Shown here: in pieces, positions 1 to 9,653 of the stretch
Numbering within the stretch: position 1 is the stretch's first letter
Layout: the number at the start of each line of letters is the position of its first letter
From: Clostridiales bacterium
GTDB lineage: Bacteria > Bacillota > Clostridia > Lachnospirales > UBA12420
DNA length: 64,000 nucleotides
Reading direction: 5' to 3'
Assembly: GCA_003452395.1 (NCBI GenBank)
Contig: DMOI01000054.1
Coordinates: forward strand, 4,003-68,002
Made by a program: the position numbers and the translations under genes
Notes under the pieces: model-generated
What the model was told of the DNA's origin: nothing
The model's input: only the letters and a program-made list of their open reading frames with translations
Database searches by the model: none

Positions 1-449
1 ATTTTCATGAAAATGGAATAGATGTAAATTTCAAGCAAGACAATGAGTCATATTCAAAGAAAGGTATCTTAAGAGGATTACACTTTCAAAAAGAGCATCA
101 GCAAGGAAAACTAATTCGAGTAATAAAGGGAACAGTATATGATGTTGCAGTTGATCTAAGAAAGGACTCCCTTACGTACGGAAAATACTACGGCATAGTT
201 TTATCAGAAAAGAACAAAAAGCAATTTTATATCCCAGAAGGCTTTGCACATGGCTTTCTTGTGTTATCCGACGAAGCTATTTTTTCTTATAAATGCACTG
301 ATTTTTACTACAAAGATGAGCAAGGCGGAGTATTATGGAATGACCCTGATATAGGTATAGACTGGCCTGTAGATAGTATGGATGAAATTATGTTAAATGA
401 ACGAGACAGCAACTGGCCTTTGCTAAGGGAATACAGAGTGGAGTTGTGA
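1..449 (+). CDS. rfbC: dTDP-4-dehydrorhamnose 3,5-epimerase (C-terminal ~148 aa; 5' end outside window)
   Basis: Open frame from nt 3: FHENGIDVNFKQDNESYSKKGILRGLHFQKEHQQGKLIRVIKGTVYDVAVDLR...IPEGFAHGF, an RmlC cupin signature. Stop at 447-449. Confidence 0.9.
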   Translation, partial: FHENGIDVNFKQDNESYSKKGILRGLHFQKEHQQGKLIRVIKGTVYDVAVDLRKDSLTYGKYYGIVLSEKNKKQFYIPEGFAHGFLVLSDEAIFSYKCTDFYYKDEQGGVLWNDPDIGIDWPVDSMDEIMLNERDSNWPLLREYRVEL

Positions 450-466
450 AAGGACGGTGATAAATT

Positions 467-1453
467 ATGAAAACAATTTTAGTAACTGGTGGGGCTGGAT
501 TTATTGGTAACAATTTTATAAAATATATGTTGAATAAATATCCTAAGTATAAAATAATTAATCTAGATAGTTTAACATATGCAGGTGATGAAAAAAATCT
601 TTCTGATGTTGCAAGTAATCCTAATTATCATTTTATAAAAGGTGATATAACAGATAGTCCGTTAGTAGATAGTATCGTAAAAAATGGTGTAAGTTATATT
701 ATTAATTTTGCCGCTGAGTCTCATGTAGACAGGAGTATAGAAAGTCCTCTAATTTTTGCAATGACTAATGTTGTTGGTACTGGAGTATTGCTAGAAAGTG
801 CACGAAAATACGGTGTTAGTAAGTTTATTCAGATTAGTACTGACGAGGTTTACGGAAGTCTTGGCCTTACTGGCTACTTTACAGAAAAAAGTATATTAGC
901 CCCAAGTAGCCCTTATTCTGCAAGCAAGGCTTCTGCAGATTTGCTGGTGCTCGCATATCATAGGACCTATAATTTACCAGTTAACATAACTAGATGCTCC
1001 AATAATTATGGACCTTATCAATTACCAGAAAAGTTGATTCCTCTTATGATATGCAATGCCTTTATGAATAAGCCACTTCCTGTATATGGTCAAGGTACCA
1101 ATATACGGGATTGGATTCATGTAGAGGACCATTGTCGCGGAATAGATTTGATATTAAATAAAGGAAAAAACGGCGAGGTTTATAATATCGGTTCAAGTAA
1201 TGAAATATCTAATATAGTTATCGTAAAATCGATTTTAAGTATTCTAAACAGAAGTGAGAGTCTTATTGAACACGTTGAAGATAGAAAAGGTCATGATTTT
1301 AGATATGCAATTGATTTCACGAAAATAAAAACTGAATTAGGTTTTGAACCTAAGCATGAGTTTAATAGTGGTTTAAGGGAAACTGTTAATTGGTATCTAG
1401 AAAATGTTGATTGGTGGAGGAAAAAAGACCAGATATATCTGGCCACTATGTAA
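467..1453 (+). CDS. rfbB: dTDP-glucose 4,6-dehydratase
   Basis: 328 aa. Rossmann N-terminus ILVTGGAGFIGNNF, catalytic YSASKASADLL (Y-x3-K), typical RmlB length. Lies 17 nt after rfbC. Confidence 0.95.
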   Translation: MKTILVTGGAGFIGNNFIKYMLNKYPKYKIINLDSLTYAGDEKNLSDVASNPNYHFIKGDITDSPLVDSIVKNGVSYIINFAAESHVDRSIESPLIFAMTNVVGTGVLLESARKYGVSKFIQISTDEVYGSLGLTGYFTEKSILAPSSPYSASKASADLLVLAYHRTYNLPVNITRCSNNYGPYQLPEKLIPLMICNAFMNKPLPVYGQGTNIRDWIHVEDHCRGIDLILNKGKNGEVYNIGSSNEISNIVIVKSILSILNRSESLIEHVEDRKGHDFRYAIDFTKIKTELGFEPKHEFNSGLRETVNWYLENVDWWRKKDQIYLATM

Positions 1454-1491
1454 AGTTCAAATATATCTGAATAGAAAGGAGTTGAAAATTT

Positions 1492-2622
1492 ATGGCAATA
1501 CAATTATTTGTCCCTACTTTTAGAGTAGAGGAATGTTTAAGTGAAATAAAAGAATGTTTAGAAAAAGGTTGGACTGGAATGGGATTTAAGACGGTAGATT
1601 TCGAAAACAAATGGAAAGAATACACCAGACATCCTAACGCACATTACCTAAACTCAGCTACTGCTGGCCTACATCTTGCAGTCAAAATTTTAAAGGAACA
1701 GCTAGGTTGGGAGGATAATGACGAAATTGTTACCACTCCATTAACGTTTGTATCTACTAATCATGCTATTTTGTATGAAAATCTAAAACCAGTCTTTTCA
1801 GATATTGATGAATATCTTTGCTTAGATCCAAAAGATGTAGAGAGTAAAATAACCGAAAAGACAAAAGCAATAATGTTTGTTGGAATGGGAGGAAATATCG
1901 GAAGATATTATGATATAGCAAACCTCTGCAAAAAGTATAATTTAAAACTCATACTTGATGCTGCTCATATGAGTGGCTCGCGTTATAATGGAGACATTGT
2001 AGGTAAGGAAGCTGACGTCGTTGTATACTCTTTCCAAGCAGTTAAAAATCTGCCTACTGGTGATTCAGGTATGATATGCTTCAAAGATAAAACATACGAC
2101 GATTTGGCTCGCAAATACGCTTGGCTAGGTATTAACAAAGATACGTATTCTCGTACTGATAGTAAAGGTAATTATAAATGGGAATATAATATAGATTATC
2201 TGGGATACAAATATAATGGAAACTCAATAATGGCTGCCATCGGACTAGTAGGACTAAAATATTTGGATCATGATAATGCATATAGAAGGCAAATAGCCAC
2301 ATGGTATAATGATAATTTTAAGGAATATGCTGATAAAATAAAAACTATACCTATACCCGATAACTGTGAATCGTCTCAGCACCTATATATTATTGAAGTT
2401 AATAACCGAGATGAGTTATTAGAAAAATTAAATGAAAACGAAATATATCCAGGGGTTCATTATAAAAATAATATAGAATATAGTTTGTATGATTATGCCA
2501 AAGGTACTTGCCCTAATACAGACAGAATATCGCACAGAATATTATCGCTACCTATTCATATGAGACTCACCAAAGCAACTGTAGATCACGTAACAGAAAC
2601 TGTTATAAGGTTCGCAAAATAA
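1492..2622 (+). CDS. DegT/DnrJ/EryC1/StrS-family sugar aminotransferase (dTDP-4-keto-6-deoxyhexose 4-aminotransferase-like)
   Basis: 376 aa. PLP-lysine context YSFQAVKNLPTGDSG. Position directly after rfbB. RBS AAGGAG upstream. Confidence 0.85.
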   Translation: MAIQLFVPTFRVEECLSEIKECLEKGWTGMGFKTVDFENKWKEYTRHPNAHYLNSATAGLHLAVKILKEQLGWEDNDEIVTTPLTFVSTNHAILYENLKPVFSDIDEYLCLDPKDVESKITEKTKAIMFVGMGGNIGRYYDIANLCKKYNLKLILDAAHMSGSRYNGDIVGKEADVVVYSFQAVKNLPTGDSGMICFKDKTYDDLARKYAWLGINKDTYSRTDSKGNYKWEYNIDYLGYKYNGNSIMAAIGLVGLKYLDHDNAYRRQIATWYNDNFKEYADKIKTIPIPDNCESSQHLYIIEVNNRDELLEKLNENEIYPGVHYKNNIEYSLYDYAKGTCPNTDRISHRILSLPIHMRLTKATVDHVTETVIRFAK

Positions 2623-3131
2623 TGAGACATGAACATATTATAAAAGGTGATAATATTCTGCTTAGACCTCTTAATGAGAACGACCTTGAAACTTTGATGA
2701 ATTGGAGAAATAAAGACAAAATACGAGAATGGTTTTTAAATAATAGAGTAATTACCAAAGAAGAACAGATTGTGTGGTTTGAAAGATATATAAGCAATAA
2801 TGATGATATGATGTTTATAATAGAAGATACCACTCTTAATCTTCCTATAGGAGTAGTTGCATTGTATAATATAGATAACACAAGAAATATTGCAGAATTT
2901 GGTAGATTAATGATTGGTGAAGAAATTGCACGTGGTAAATCTATAGGATATAAAGCAAGCAAATTAATTTGCCACTTTGCGTTTTCCACTCTAAACATGA
3001 ACGAAGTGTACCTAAGTGTACTTGCAAATAATACTCCTGCCATAAATATATATGAGAAAGTAGGCTTTAAAGGTACATGTAATTATATAATTAACGACAA
3101 AGACTTGATTATGATGAATATTGTAAGATAA
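2622..3131 (+). CDS. GNAT-family N-acetyltransferase (amino-sugar acetyltransferase-like, WecD/PseH/SpsD-type)
   Basis: 169 aa. ATG overlaps the stop of the aminotransferase (ATAATGA). GNAT core IGVVALYNID...GEEIARGKSIGYKA...VGFK. Confidence 0.75.
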   Translation: MRHEHIIKGDNILLRPLNENDLETLMNWRNKDKIREWFLNNRVITKEEQIVWFERYISNNDDMMFIIEDTTLNLPIGVVALYNIDNTRNIAEFGRLMIGEEIARGKSIGYKASKLICHFAFSTLNMNEVYLSVLANNTPAINIYEKVGFKGTCNYIINDKDLIMMNIVR

Positions 3132-3132
3132 A

Positions 3133-3198
3133 ATGGGGTTAGGCTTGACAAATGGACATTCAAAAACATAAATGTCCGTTTGTCAAGCCTAACCCCAT
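3133..3198. repeat. 66-nt hairpin palindrome (27-bp stem, one G-U) containing GGCTTGACA / TGTCAAGCC
   Basis: atggggttaggcttgacaaatggacat ...12-nt loop... atgtccgtttgtcaagcctaaccccat, directly after the GNAT stop codon. Confidence 0.9.
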
Positions 3199-3300
3199 CG
3201 ATTCTTTTACACATATTGAATCTGTCAATACAATGTTTTTTAAACCCTGTGCGTTTCACTTCGCTCAGGATGACAAAATCGGGAAAACTTTTCTGTAAAC

Positions 3301-3350
3301 TAAAATGAGGTCACAGGCTTGACAATTGTCAAGCCTGTGACCTCATTTTA
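3301..3350. repeat. Perfect 50-nt palindrome (25+25) abutting the ugd stop codon; likely bidirectional terminator or REP-like element
   Basis: taaaatgaggtcacaggcttgacaa|ttgtcaagcctgtgacctcatttta. The reverse complement of the first half equals the second half exactly. Confidence 0.9.
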
Positions 3351-3353
3351 GTT

Positions 3354-4673
3354 TTATACTCCTGTCCCATAGTACTTAAATCCCATATCTTCTATATCTT
3401 TTTTATTATAAATGTTTCTTAAATCACATATTATATTTCCTCTCATAAGTTTTTTTACAGTTTTAAGGTTCAATATTTTGAAATCATCCCATTCTGTAAT
3501 TATAATTAATGCATCTATGTCTTTTACAACATCTAGCTTATCTTCGCAATACTGTATGCTATCTTGCATATTAGTGAATATCTTCTTTGCATTTTCCATA
3601 GCAATCGGATCATACACTTTGAGCTTTGCTCCCAATTTGTATAACATGTTTATTATAGTTACTGAGGGTGCTTCTCTCATATCATCAGTATTTGGCTTAA
3701 ATGATAATCCTAAAATTCCTATATACTTATCGTTTAAATTACCTAATATTTTAGAAATTTTTTTAACTACATTAATTTTTTGGCTATTATTTACCTCTAT
3801 AGTTGCTTTGACCAATCTTAAATCAATCTCGTTTTTAGTAGCTATGTCAACAAGCGCTAACGTATCTTTAGGAAAGCAGCTCCCTCCATATCCAGGTCCT
3901 GGAGATAAAAATTCGGGAGATATTCTTTTGTCAGCTCCTAAAGCTTTTGCTAAATCTAATATATTAGCATTTACTTTTTCACATAGGTTTGCTATTTCGT
4001 TTATATAGCTTATTTTCATAGCCAAAAAAGCGTTTGAAGCATATTTTATAAGTTCAGACGTTTCTATATTTGTTTCAATAATGTTAGTTCCTCTTTCATA
4101 AAAACTCTTATATACTTCTTTTAAAACACTTTTCGCTTTTTCTGTTTCTGTGCCAATTACTATACGCTCTGGATTGTTAAAGTCATATATAGCTGAACCT
4201 TGCCTTAAAAATTCTGGGTTAGATACTATATCAAACTTGTCTTTCATATTTATATCACTTATATACTCTTCTATTATCTTTTTCACTTTATTTCCTGTAC
4301 CAACAGGTACTGTACTTTTTATAACAATTGTTTTATACCTATTTATGTATTTTCCTATGTTTTTAGCAACTCCTTCGATATATTCTAGGTTTGCACTTCC
4401 GTCTTCTTTCTGTGGTGTTCCCACAGCAATAAATATTACATTACTTTCTTCTACTGCTTTTTTCATATCTGTGGTGAATGTCAATCTATTATTGCTCGTA
4501 TTAGTTTTTATTACATCATCCAAATCTGGTTCATATATAGGGGATATATTGTTTTTAAGTTGGTTTATTTTTTCTTCATGGATATCAGCACATATAACGT
4601 CAAACCCAAGGTTTGATAAACATGCTCCTGTAACTAGTCCCACATATCCTACGCCTATTATTGAAATTTTCAC
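3354..4673 (-). CDS. ugd: UDP-glucose 6-dehydrogenase
   Basis: 439 aa. N-terminal KISIIGVGYVGLVTGACL Rossmann motif, catalytic GGSCFPKD motif. GTG start 7 nt after AGGAGG. Confidence 0.92.
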   Translation of the reverse strand: MKISIIGVGYVGLVTGACLSNLGFDVICADIHEEKINQLKNNISPIYEPDLDDVIKTNTSNNRLTFTTDMKKAVEESNVIFIAVGTPQKEDGSANLEYIEGVAKNIGKYINRYKTIVIKSTVPVGTGNKVKKIIEEYISDINMKDKFDIVSNPEFLRQGSAIYDFNNPERIVIGTETEKAKSVLKEVYKSFYERGTNIIETNIETSELIKYASNAFLAMKISYINEIANLCEKVNANILDLAKALGADKRISPEFLSPGPGYGGSCFPKDTLALVDIATKNEIDLRLVKATIEVNNSQKINVVKKISKILGNLNDKYIGILGLSFKPNTDDMREAPSVTIINMLYKLGAKLKVYDPIAMENAKKIFTNMQDSIQYCEDKLDVVKDIDALIIITEWDDFKILNLKTVKKLMRGNIICDLRNIYNKKDIEDMGFKYYGTGV

Positions 4674-4709
4674 TCCGCCACCTCCTTAATATTGGGTCAT
4701 TATAAAAAA

Positions 4710-5786
4710 TTAGTATCCTTCGTCATGCTCCATAATTTGCTTTATACACATCTCATATACATTAGACTTTTTATAATTTTTATACCACTCTACCGTTTTC
4801 TCTATAGCTTCATCTATACTCCACTTAGGCATCCATCCTAAAATATGCTTTGCCTTAGAAATATCTAGATTAAGCAATTTTGCTTCGTGCAATTTGCTCG
4901 CATGCTCTGGATAAACAATCTTCCCACTTCCCCAATATCTAATTATCTTCTCTACAAGTTCCCCGACAGTTACAATATTATCTGATTTCGGTCCAAAGTT
5001 CCAAGCACCAGAATATTCTACTCCATATTTCATTAGTTTAGCTCCTAAAAGCAAATATCCACTTAAAGGATCAAGTACATGCTGCCATGGCCTTATTGCA
5101 TTTGGATTTCTTACTACTATTTCACGTCCGTTCTCTAGCGAACTCACCGTGTCGGGAATTATTCTATCTTTTGCAAAGTCTCCACCACCAATTACGTTGC
5201 CAGCCCTTACTGAGGCTAAAACCTTTCCGTGTTCATTATATCTATCTATTTTAAAGAACGAGTTTCTATAACTATCTACAACTAGTTCAGCACATGCTTT
5301 GCTACAACTGTAGGGATCAATCCCTCCTAATCGTTCATTTTCCCTATAACCCCATAGCCATTCTTTATTTTCATAACATTTGTCACTTGTAATGATAATT
5401 CCAACTTTTGTTTCATCTGTCCGCTTTACTGCATCTAAAACATTTACTGTTCCCATTACATTTGTTTCAAAAGTATATTTGGGCATCTCATACGAAGTTC
5501 TCACAATAGGCTGAGCCGCTAGATGAAATACAATTTCAGGCTTATATTTTTTAAATACATTATCAACCAAATCAGTATTTCTAATATCTCCTCTAATGTC
5601 CTTTATATGATCTTTGATTTGAGATAATACAAAATTATCTCGTTCAGTGTAGGGGTCTAAACTATATCCTATTACATTTGCGCCTAACTTACTCAGCCAT
5701 ATTGAAAGCCACGAACCCTTAAACCCTGTATGTCCTGTCACTAGGACATTTTTGCCTTTGTAGGAGTTTTCAAGTAACTTACTCAT
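4710..5786 (-). CDS. rfbG: CDP-glucose 4,6-dehydratase
   Basis: 358 aa. KNVLVTGHTGFKGSWLSIWL N-terminus and DPYSCSKACAEL (Y-x3-K), typical of RfbG/DdhB. RBS AAGGAGG. Confidence 0.9.
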   Translation of the reverse strand: MSKLLENSYKGKNVLVTGHTGFKGSWLSIWLSKLGANVIGYSLDPYTERDNFVLSQIKDHIKDIRGDIRNTDLVDNVFKKYKPEIVFHLAAQPIVRTSYEMPKYTFETNVMGTVNVLDAVKRTDETKVGIIITSDKCYENKEWLWGYRENERLGGIDPYSCSKACAELVVDSYRNSFFKIDRYNEHGKVLASVRAGNVIGGGDFAKDRIIPDTVSSLENGREIVVRNPNAIRPWQHVLDPLSGYLLLGAKLMKYGVEYSGAWNFGPKSDNIVTVGELVEKIIRYWGSGKIVYPEHASKLHEAKLLNLDISKAKHILGWMPKWSIDEAIEKTVEWYKNYKKSNVYEMCIKQIMEHDEGY

Positions 5787-5810
5787 TTTATAGCCTCCTT
5801 ACATAAATTA

Positions 5811-6785
5811 TTAAATATAATGCTCCCTGTTCTCTTTAAACCATTCAACTGTTCGTTTAATACCTTCCTCAAGTCCAACCCTTGGCTTCCATCCTAATAT
5901 AACTTTAATTTTAGTTATATCTGGCTCAGGATTCCACATTTCATTTTTTCTATAGGGGATTGCACCATACTTTGGCTTTTTATTAGTTTCCATATACTTA
6001 AATATTAAATCTATATAATAATTCAACGGATGTGAAATACCACTTCCAATGTTAATAACTTCATTCTTTGCCGTATCACTTAAGGCCGCAAGAAGCAGCC
6101 CATCAATAATATTTTCAACATAGCAGTAATCTCTAAACTGTTCGCATTTTGTTAATTCTACATCCTTATTTTCTAGTAAAGTTAATATTACATCGCAAAA
6201 AAACTTATGTCGTTCCTCACCTTCGCCAAATATTCCAAAAGGTCTTAAGGTTACAATATTTATATCATTGTCCCTAGCTATTTGATGGGAGATAATGGTA
6301 GCCGCTGCTTTTGTGCTACCATAAATATTTAGCGGGGTCAGGCACATGTTTTCACGCATGCTTTTTTTCTTATCCCCATACTCCGCTGAGCTCCCAATAT
6401 TGATAATTTTTTTGCATCCTATGTCTCGAATAGAATTTAGAATATTTATAATTCCGATTATATTAACATTTACTGCTTTGATGTATTCATTGTTGGCGGA
6501 ATTTACGCCGTATGCAGCTAAATTAAAAATATAATCTGGCTTTACTGATTTTACACAATTATTAACCAGGGAACCATTAGTTATATCGATGTTATTCAAA
6601 TCAATATCATTAATTTCATCTTTTAATCTCCATGGATTAGAATTATTACTCAGTATTGAAAGATTTGCACCTAAGGCTCGAAGTCTTTTTATAAGATGAG
6701 AGCCTACAAACCCAAGTCCCCCAGTTATAAGAACATTTTTATTTTTAAAAAAACCTGTATTACAATCTCTTTCTTTGTCGTCCAT
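5811..6785 (-). CDS. NAD-dependent epimerase/dehydratase (putative CDP-4-keto-6-deoxyhexose reductase/epimerase)
   Basis: VLITGGLGFVGSHL Rossmann motif and YGSTKAAAT (Y-x3-K). Start moved to the ATG at 6785, preceded by GAGGAGG. The ORF-track start at 6842 would overlap the upstream gene by 83 nt. Confidence 0.8.
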   Translation of the reverse strand: MDDKERDCNTGFFKNKNVLITGGLGFVGSHLIKRLRALGANLSILSNNSNPWRLKDEINDIDLNNIDITNGSLVNNCVKSVKPDYIFNLAAYGVNSANNEYIKAVNVNIIGIINILNSIRDIGCKKIINIGSSAEYGDKKKSMRENMCLTPLNIYGSTKAAATIISHQIARDNDINIVTLRPFGIFGEGEERHKFFCDVILTLLENKDVELTKCEQFRDYCYVENIIDGLLLAALSDTAKNEVINIGSGISHPLNYYIDLIFKYMETNKKPKYGAIPYRKNEMWNPEPDITKIKVILGWKPRVGLEEGIKRTVEWFKENREHYI

Positions 6786-8898
6786 TATAATCCTCCTCGT
6801 TCTGTAAAGATTTGGAAATAAATGTTTTTTTTGTATTGTCATTATACTTTTGAGTATTAAAATAATTCATAGCCTTATTTATATCATTATTACTATAAAA
6901 TTCATCTATATCGTTTTCTACAGTCTTCAACTTTTTAATTGTATCTCTTACTTCATTAATGTATGGAATGTAAATATTGTCTATTATGCTATTATTAAAT
7001 GTCAGAGGTTTTAGCTTCCATAAATCATACTCATTCTCATTGTAAAATATCATACTTCCAAAATGGTATAGTATAAGCTTATCATCTTCAACATATACTT
7101 CATCATTTATCTTCTCAATTTTATAATCATTATTAAAAATAACATTCCATGGAGCAGCATTAATGCCTAGGTTATTTTCTATTTTAATCCCTATAAATTT
7201 CATAGGTATCTGGTCTAAATATTTTTGATCGCCCCACCTGTCAATCTCTGGCTGTGGGGCATCAAAGCACCATTCAATACATTTTTTCCTCCACCAGTCA
7301 AGTACCCTGAAAGCTTCCGCTTCTTTTTTAAAACCTATGAAACCTGCTTGAAAACCTCCATGTACCCTTTCAAGTTCAGAAGTACCTCTTTGTCTACATA
7401 TATAAATATAATAACCCTGAAAGTTTTCAAAAATGGTTTTTGGATCGTCAAAGAAAAACAAGTCAGCATCACAATAAATAACACTATCTATATCAAAGTT
7501 CTTAAGTATATAATCCACCAAAGGAGCTTTTAATGTCCAGCAAAATTCGTTTGTATTTCTTTCTTCTTTGACTGCCCTTATTTCTTCATCTTCTATATCC
7601 TGTAATGGAATAAGGGTGACATTTTCAAGTTCCATATTTGAGAGCGTACTATAGCTAATATCATCAACACAACACATCCAGAAATGAAATTTATTTGTGT
7701 TCTTCTTTATAGAATAATAAAGCGTTAATCCCCTTATTAGATACTCTTTGCTAACTATAGTGCAAAAACAGTAAGAACCATCTTCTATATCCACTCTATA
7801 TTTTGGTAATGGATATTTATAATAAGTCTTCGCTTCCATTACATTATTTTTATTATATAAATATTTTATATTTGATCTTATTTTGTCTATACATTCTCTA
7901 ACTACTGTCAGATAAGGTAGGTAAATCTTATTTTTTATAATGCTCTGTATTGGTATATAATTGAAATTCCATAAGTCAAATTCAGAATCATTAAATATAT
8001 TAATACACGCAAAGTGGAATGCTACTAACTTGTAATTTTCTACATACATACAACTGTCTTTTTCATAAATATTATAATCATTATTATATACTAAGTTCCA
8101 TGGGGCTGCATCTATACCCAAATTTCCGATAATTCTTACCCCTTCAAACATAGTAGGAACTTCATCTAAATACTTTTGATCCCCGAACCTATTATTATCA
8201 GTATCTGGAGTTCCCGAACACCACTCAAGGCATTTGCTTCTCCAGAAAGTTAAACATTTCCTAGCATTCTCATCATTTTTAAAACCTATTAATCCTGCTT
8301 GATATTTCCCATACGCGTTTTCAACCCACTCCAGATCCCTTTGTGGACATAGAAATATCGAATATCCTTCCCATTCTTGGTAGATCTCTGATGGATCAGA
8401 AAAGAAATATATATCAGAGTCACAATATATACAATCTTTTACTCCATAATTGTACAGAACATATTGAATTAATGGAGCTTTTAAAGTCCAGCAATATTCA
8501 TTTGTTTTCCTTTCTTCTTTAACACTTAGTAATTCCTTATCTTCTATCTTATCTAGTGTAATAATCTCTACATTATCTAACTCCATACTTGATAAAATTG
8601 TATAAGCTATCTCATCTATACAACATATCCATAGCTTAAAGCTATCACTATTCTTTTGTAGTGATTGGTGAAATGCCAATACTTTGAACAAGTATTCCTT
8701 ACCAACAATAGTACAAAAATGATGACGAGCAGAATCAATTGTATGTTTAATTTCATTATTTTCATATGTAGAATATGGTTGTACGACTGAATCTGGAGCT
8801 ACATCTAAAGTTAACGTTTCATTTACATCATCCGCCATATATGCAAATATATTTTTTATATGATTTGCTACCTTAGTTACGAAATTTCCCTCTGACAT
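6760..8898 (-). CDS. Tandem-duplicated GT-A-like glycosyltransferase (two ~350-aa DxD modules in one polypeptide)
   Basis: 712 aa. Module 1 reads FCTIVGKEYL...NEYCWTLKAPLIQYVL...IYCDSDIYFFSDP. Module 2 reads FCTIVSKEYL...NEFCWTLKAPLVDYIL...IYCDADLFFFDDP. RBS AAGGAGG. Confidence 0.65.
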   Translation of the reverse strand: MSEGNFVTKVANHIKNIFAYMADDVNETLTLDVAPDSVVQPYSTYENNEIKHTIDSARHHFCTIVGKEYLFKVLAFHQSLQKNSDSFKLWICCIDEIAYTILSSMELDNVEIITLDKIEDKELLSVKEERKTNEYCWTLKAPLIQYVLYNYGVKDCIYCDSDIYFFSDPSEIYQEWEGYSIFLCPQRDLEWVENAYGKYQAGLIGFKNDENARKCLTFWRSKCLEWCSGTPDTDNNRFGDQKYLDEVPTMFEGVRIIGNLGIDAAPWNLVYNNDYNIYEKDSCMYVENYKLVAFHFACINIFNDSEFDLWNFNYIPIQSIIKNKIYLPYLTVVRECIDKIRSNIKYLYNKNNVMEAKTYYKYPLPKYRVDIEDGSYCFCTIVSKEYLIRGLTLYYSIKKNTNKFHFWMCCVDDISYSTLSNMELENVTLIPLQDIEDEEIRAVKEERNTNEFCWTLKAPLVDYILKNFDIDSVIYCDADLFFFDDPKTIFENFQGYYIYICRQRGTSELERVHGGFQAGFIGFKKEAEAFRVLDWWRKKCIEWCFDAPQPEIDRWGDQKYLDQIPMKFIGIKIENNLGINAAPWNVIFNNDYKIEKINDEVYVEDDKLILYHFGSMIFYNENEYDLWKLKPLTFNNSIIDNIYIPYINEVRDTIKKLKTVENDIDEFYSNNDINKAMNYFNTQKYNDNTKKTFISKSLQNEEDYNGRQRKRL

Positions 8899-8911
8899 CT
8901 CTATTACCTCC

Positions 8912-9649
8912 TTAAACCTTCCATTTCTGGTTTATATCTAGTAAATCTTTATACGTATCTACCGCCATCCATATCCCTTTATGCTCATATACCGCTAATT
9001 CTCCATCATTTGCAAGGTGACTTAGCGGCTCATTTTCCCATATGCATCCATCATCCCCATCTAAATAATCAAAAACTTTTTTATCTAATACGAAGAATCC
9101 CCCATTTATCAATCCATCAAGTGACGTTTTTTCATTAAATGACTCTGCTATACCTTCTTTGACACTTAAAACTCCATATTGAGTTTTCCTTTCAACTCCT
9201 GTGACAGTAGCAATTTTCCCCTTATTTTTATGAAAATTGATTAAACTATCAACATCTACGTCAGCTAGTCCATCACCATAGGTAAGCATAAAAGTATCAC
9301 CTTTTATGTATTTCTCAATTTTTTTAATTCTTCCGCCTGTCATAGTTTCAAGTCCAGTATTTACAAATGTTATATTCCATTTTTCTGGTTTTTCAAGAAG
9401 CTCTATCCTGTTTTCACTACCTATTTTTATAAAATCATGATTCATCCAATCATAATGCATAAAATATTCTTTTATTTTATCTCCTTTGTATCCTAAAGGA
9501 AGGATAAACTCATTAAAGCCAAATTTACTGTAAATACTCATTATGTGCCATATAAGTGGTTTTCCATTTACTAAAGCCAGAGGCTTTGGAACTTCCTCAC
9601 TTGTCTTTAATCTAGTTCCTTTTCCACCACACAAAATTACTACCTGCAT
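8912..9649 (-). CDS. rfbF: Glucose-1-phosphate cytidylyltransferase
   Basis: MQVVILCGGKGTRL...PKPL nucleotidyltransferase signature, ~245 aa. Start set at the ATG at 9649 after GAGGAGG. Confidence 0.9.
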   Translation of the reverse strand: MQVVILCGGKGTRLKTSEEVPKPLALVNGKPLIWHIMSIYSKFGFNEFILPLGYKGDKIKEYFMHYDWMNHDFIKIGSENRIELLEKPEKWNITFVNTGLETMTGGRIKKIEKYIKGDTFMLTYGDGLADVDVDSLINFHKNKGKIATVTGVERKTQYGVLSVKEGIAESFNEKTSLDGLINGGFFVLDKKVFDYLDGDDGCIWENEPLSHLANDGELAVYEHKGIWMAVDTYKDLLDINQKWKV

Positions 9650-9653
9650 ATTT

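Noticed and set aside
3412-4689. Long plus-strand ORFs (3412-4008, 4150-4689) and many similar antisense ORFs across the window. Examples are 1291-1503, 2603-3043, 7225-7533, 17494-17761, 19767-20126, 22467-22805, 26590-27069, 27973-28839, 31620-32009, 33961-34317, 35601-37151, 42110-42415, 45356-45933 and 46365-46740.
   Set aside because: Each lies entirely opposite a strongly supported gene (ugd, GTs, gvp, spoIIP, gpr, asnS, fmt, priA etc.). Their compositions are low-complexity and rich in Ser/Phe/Leu/Ile, as expected from reverse-complemented AT-rich codons. They lack RBSs.
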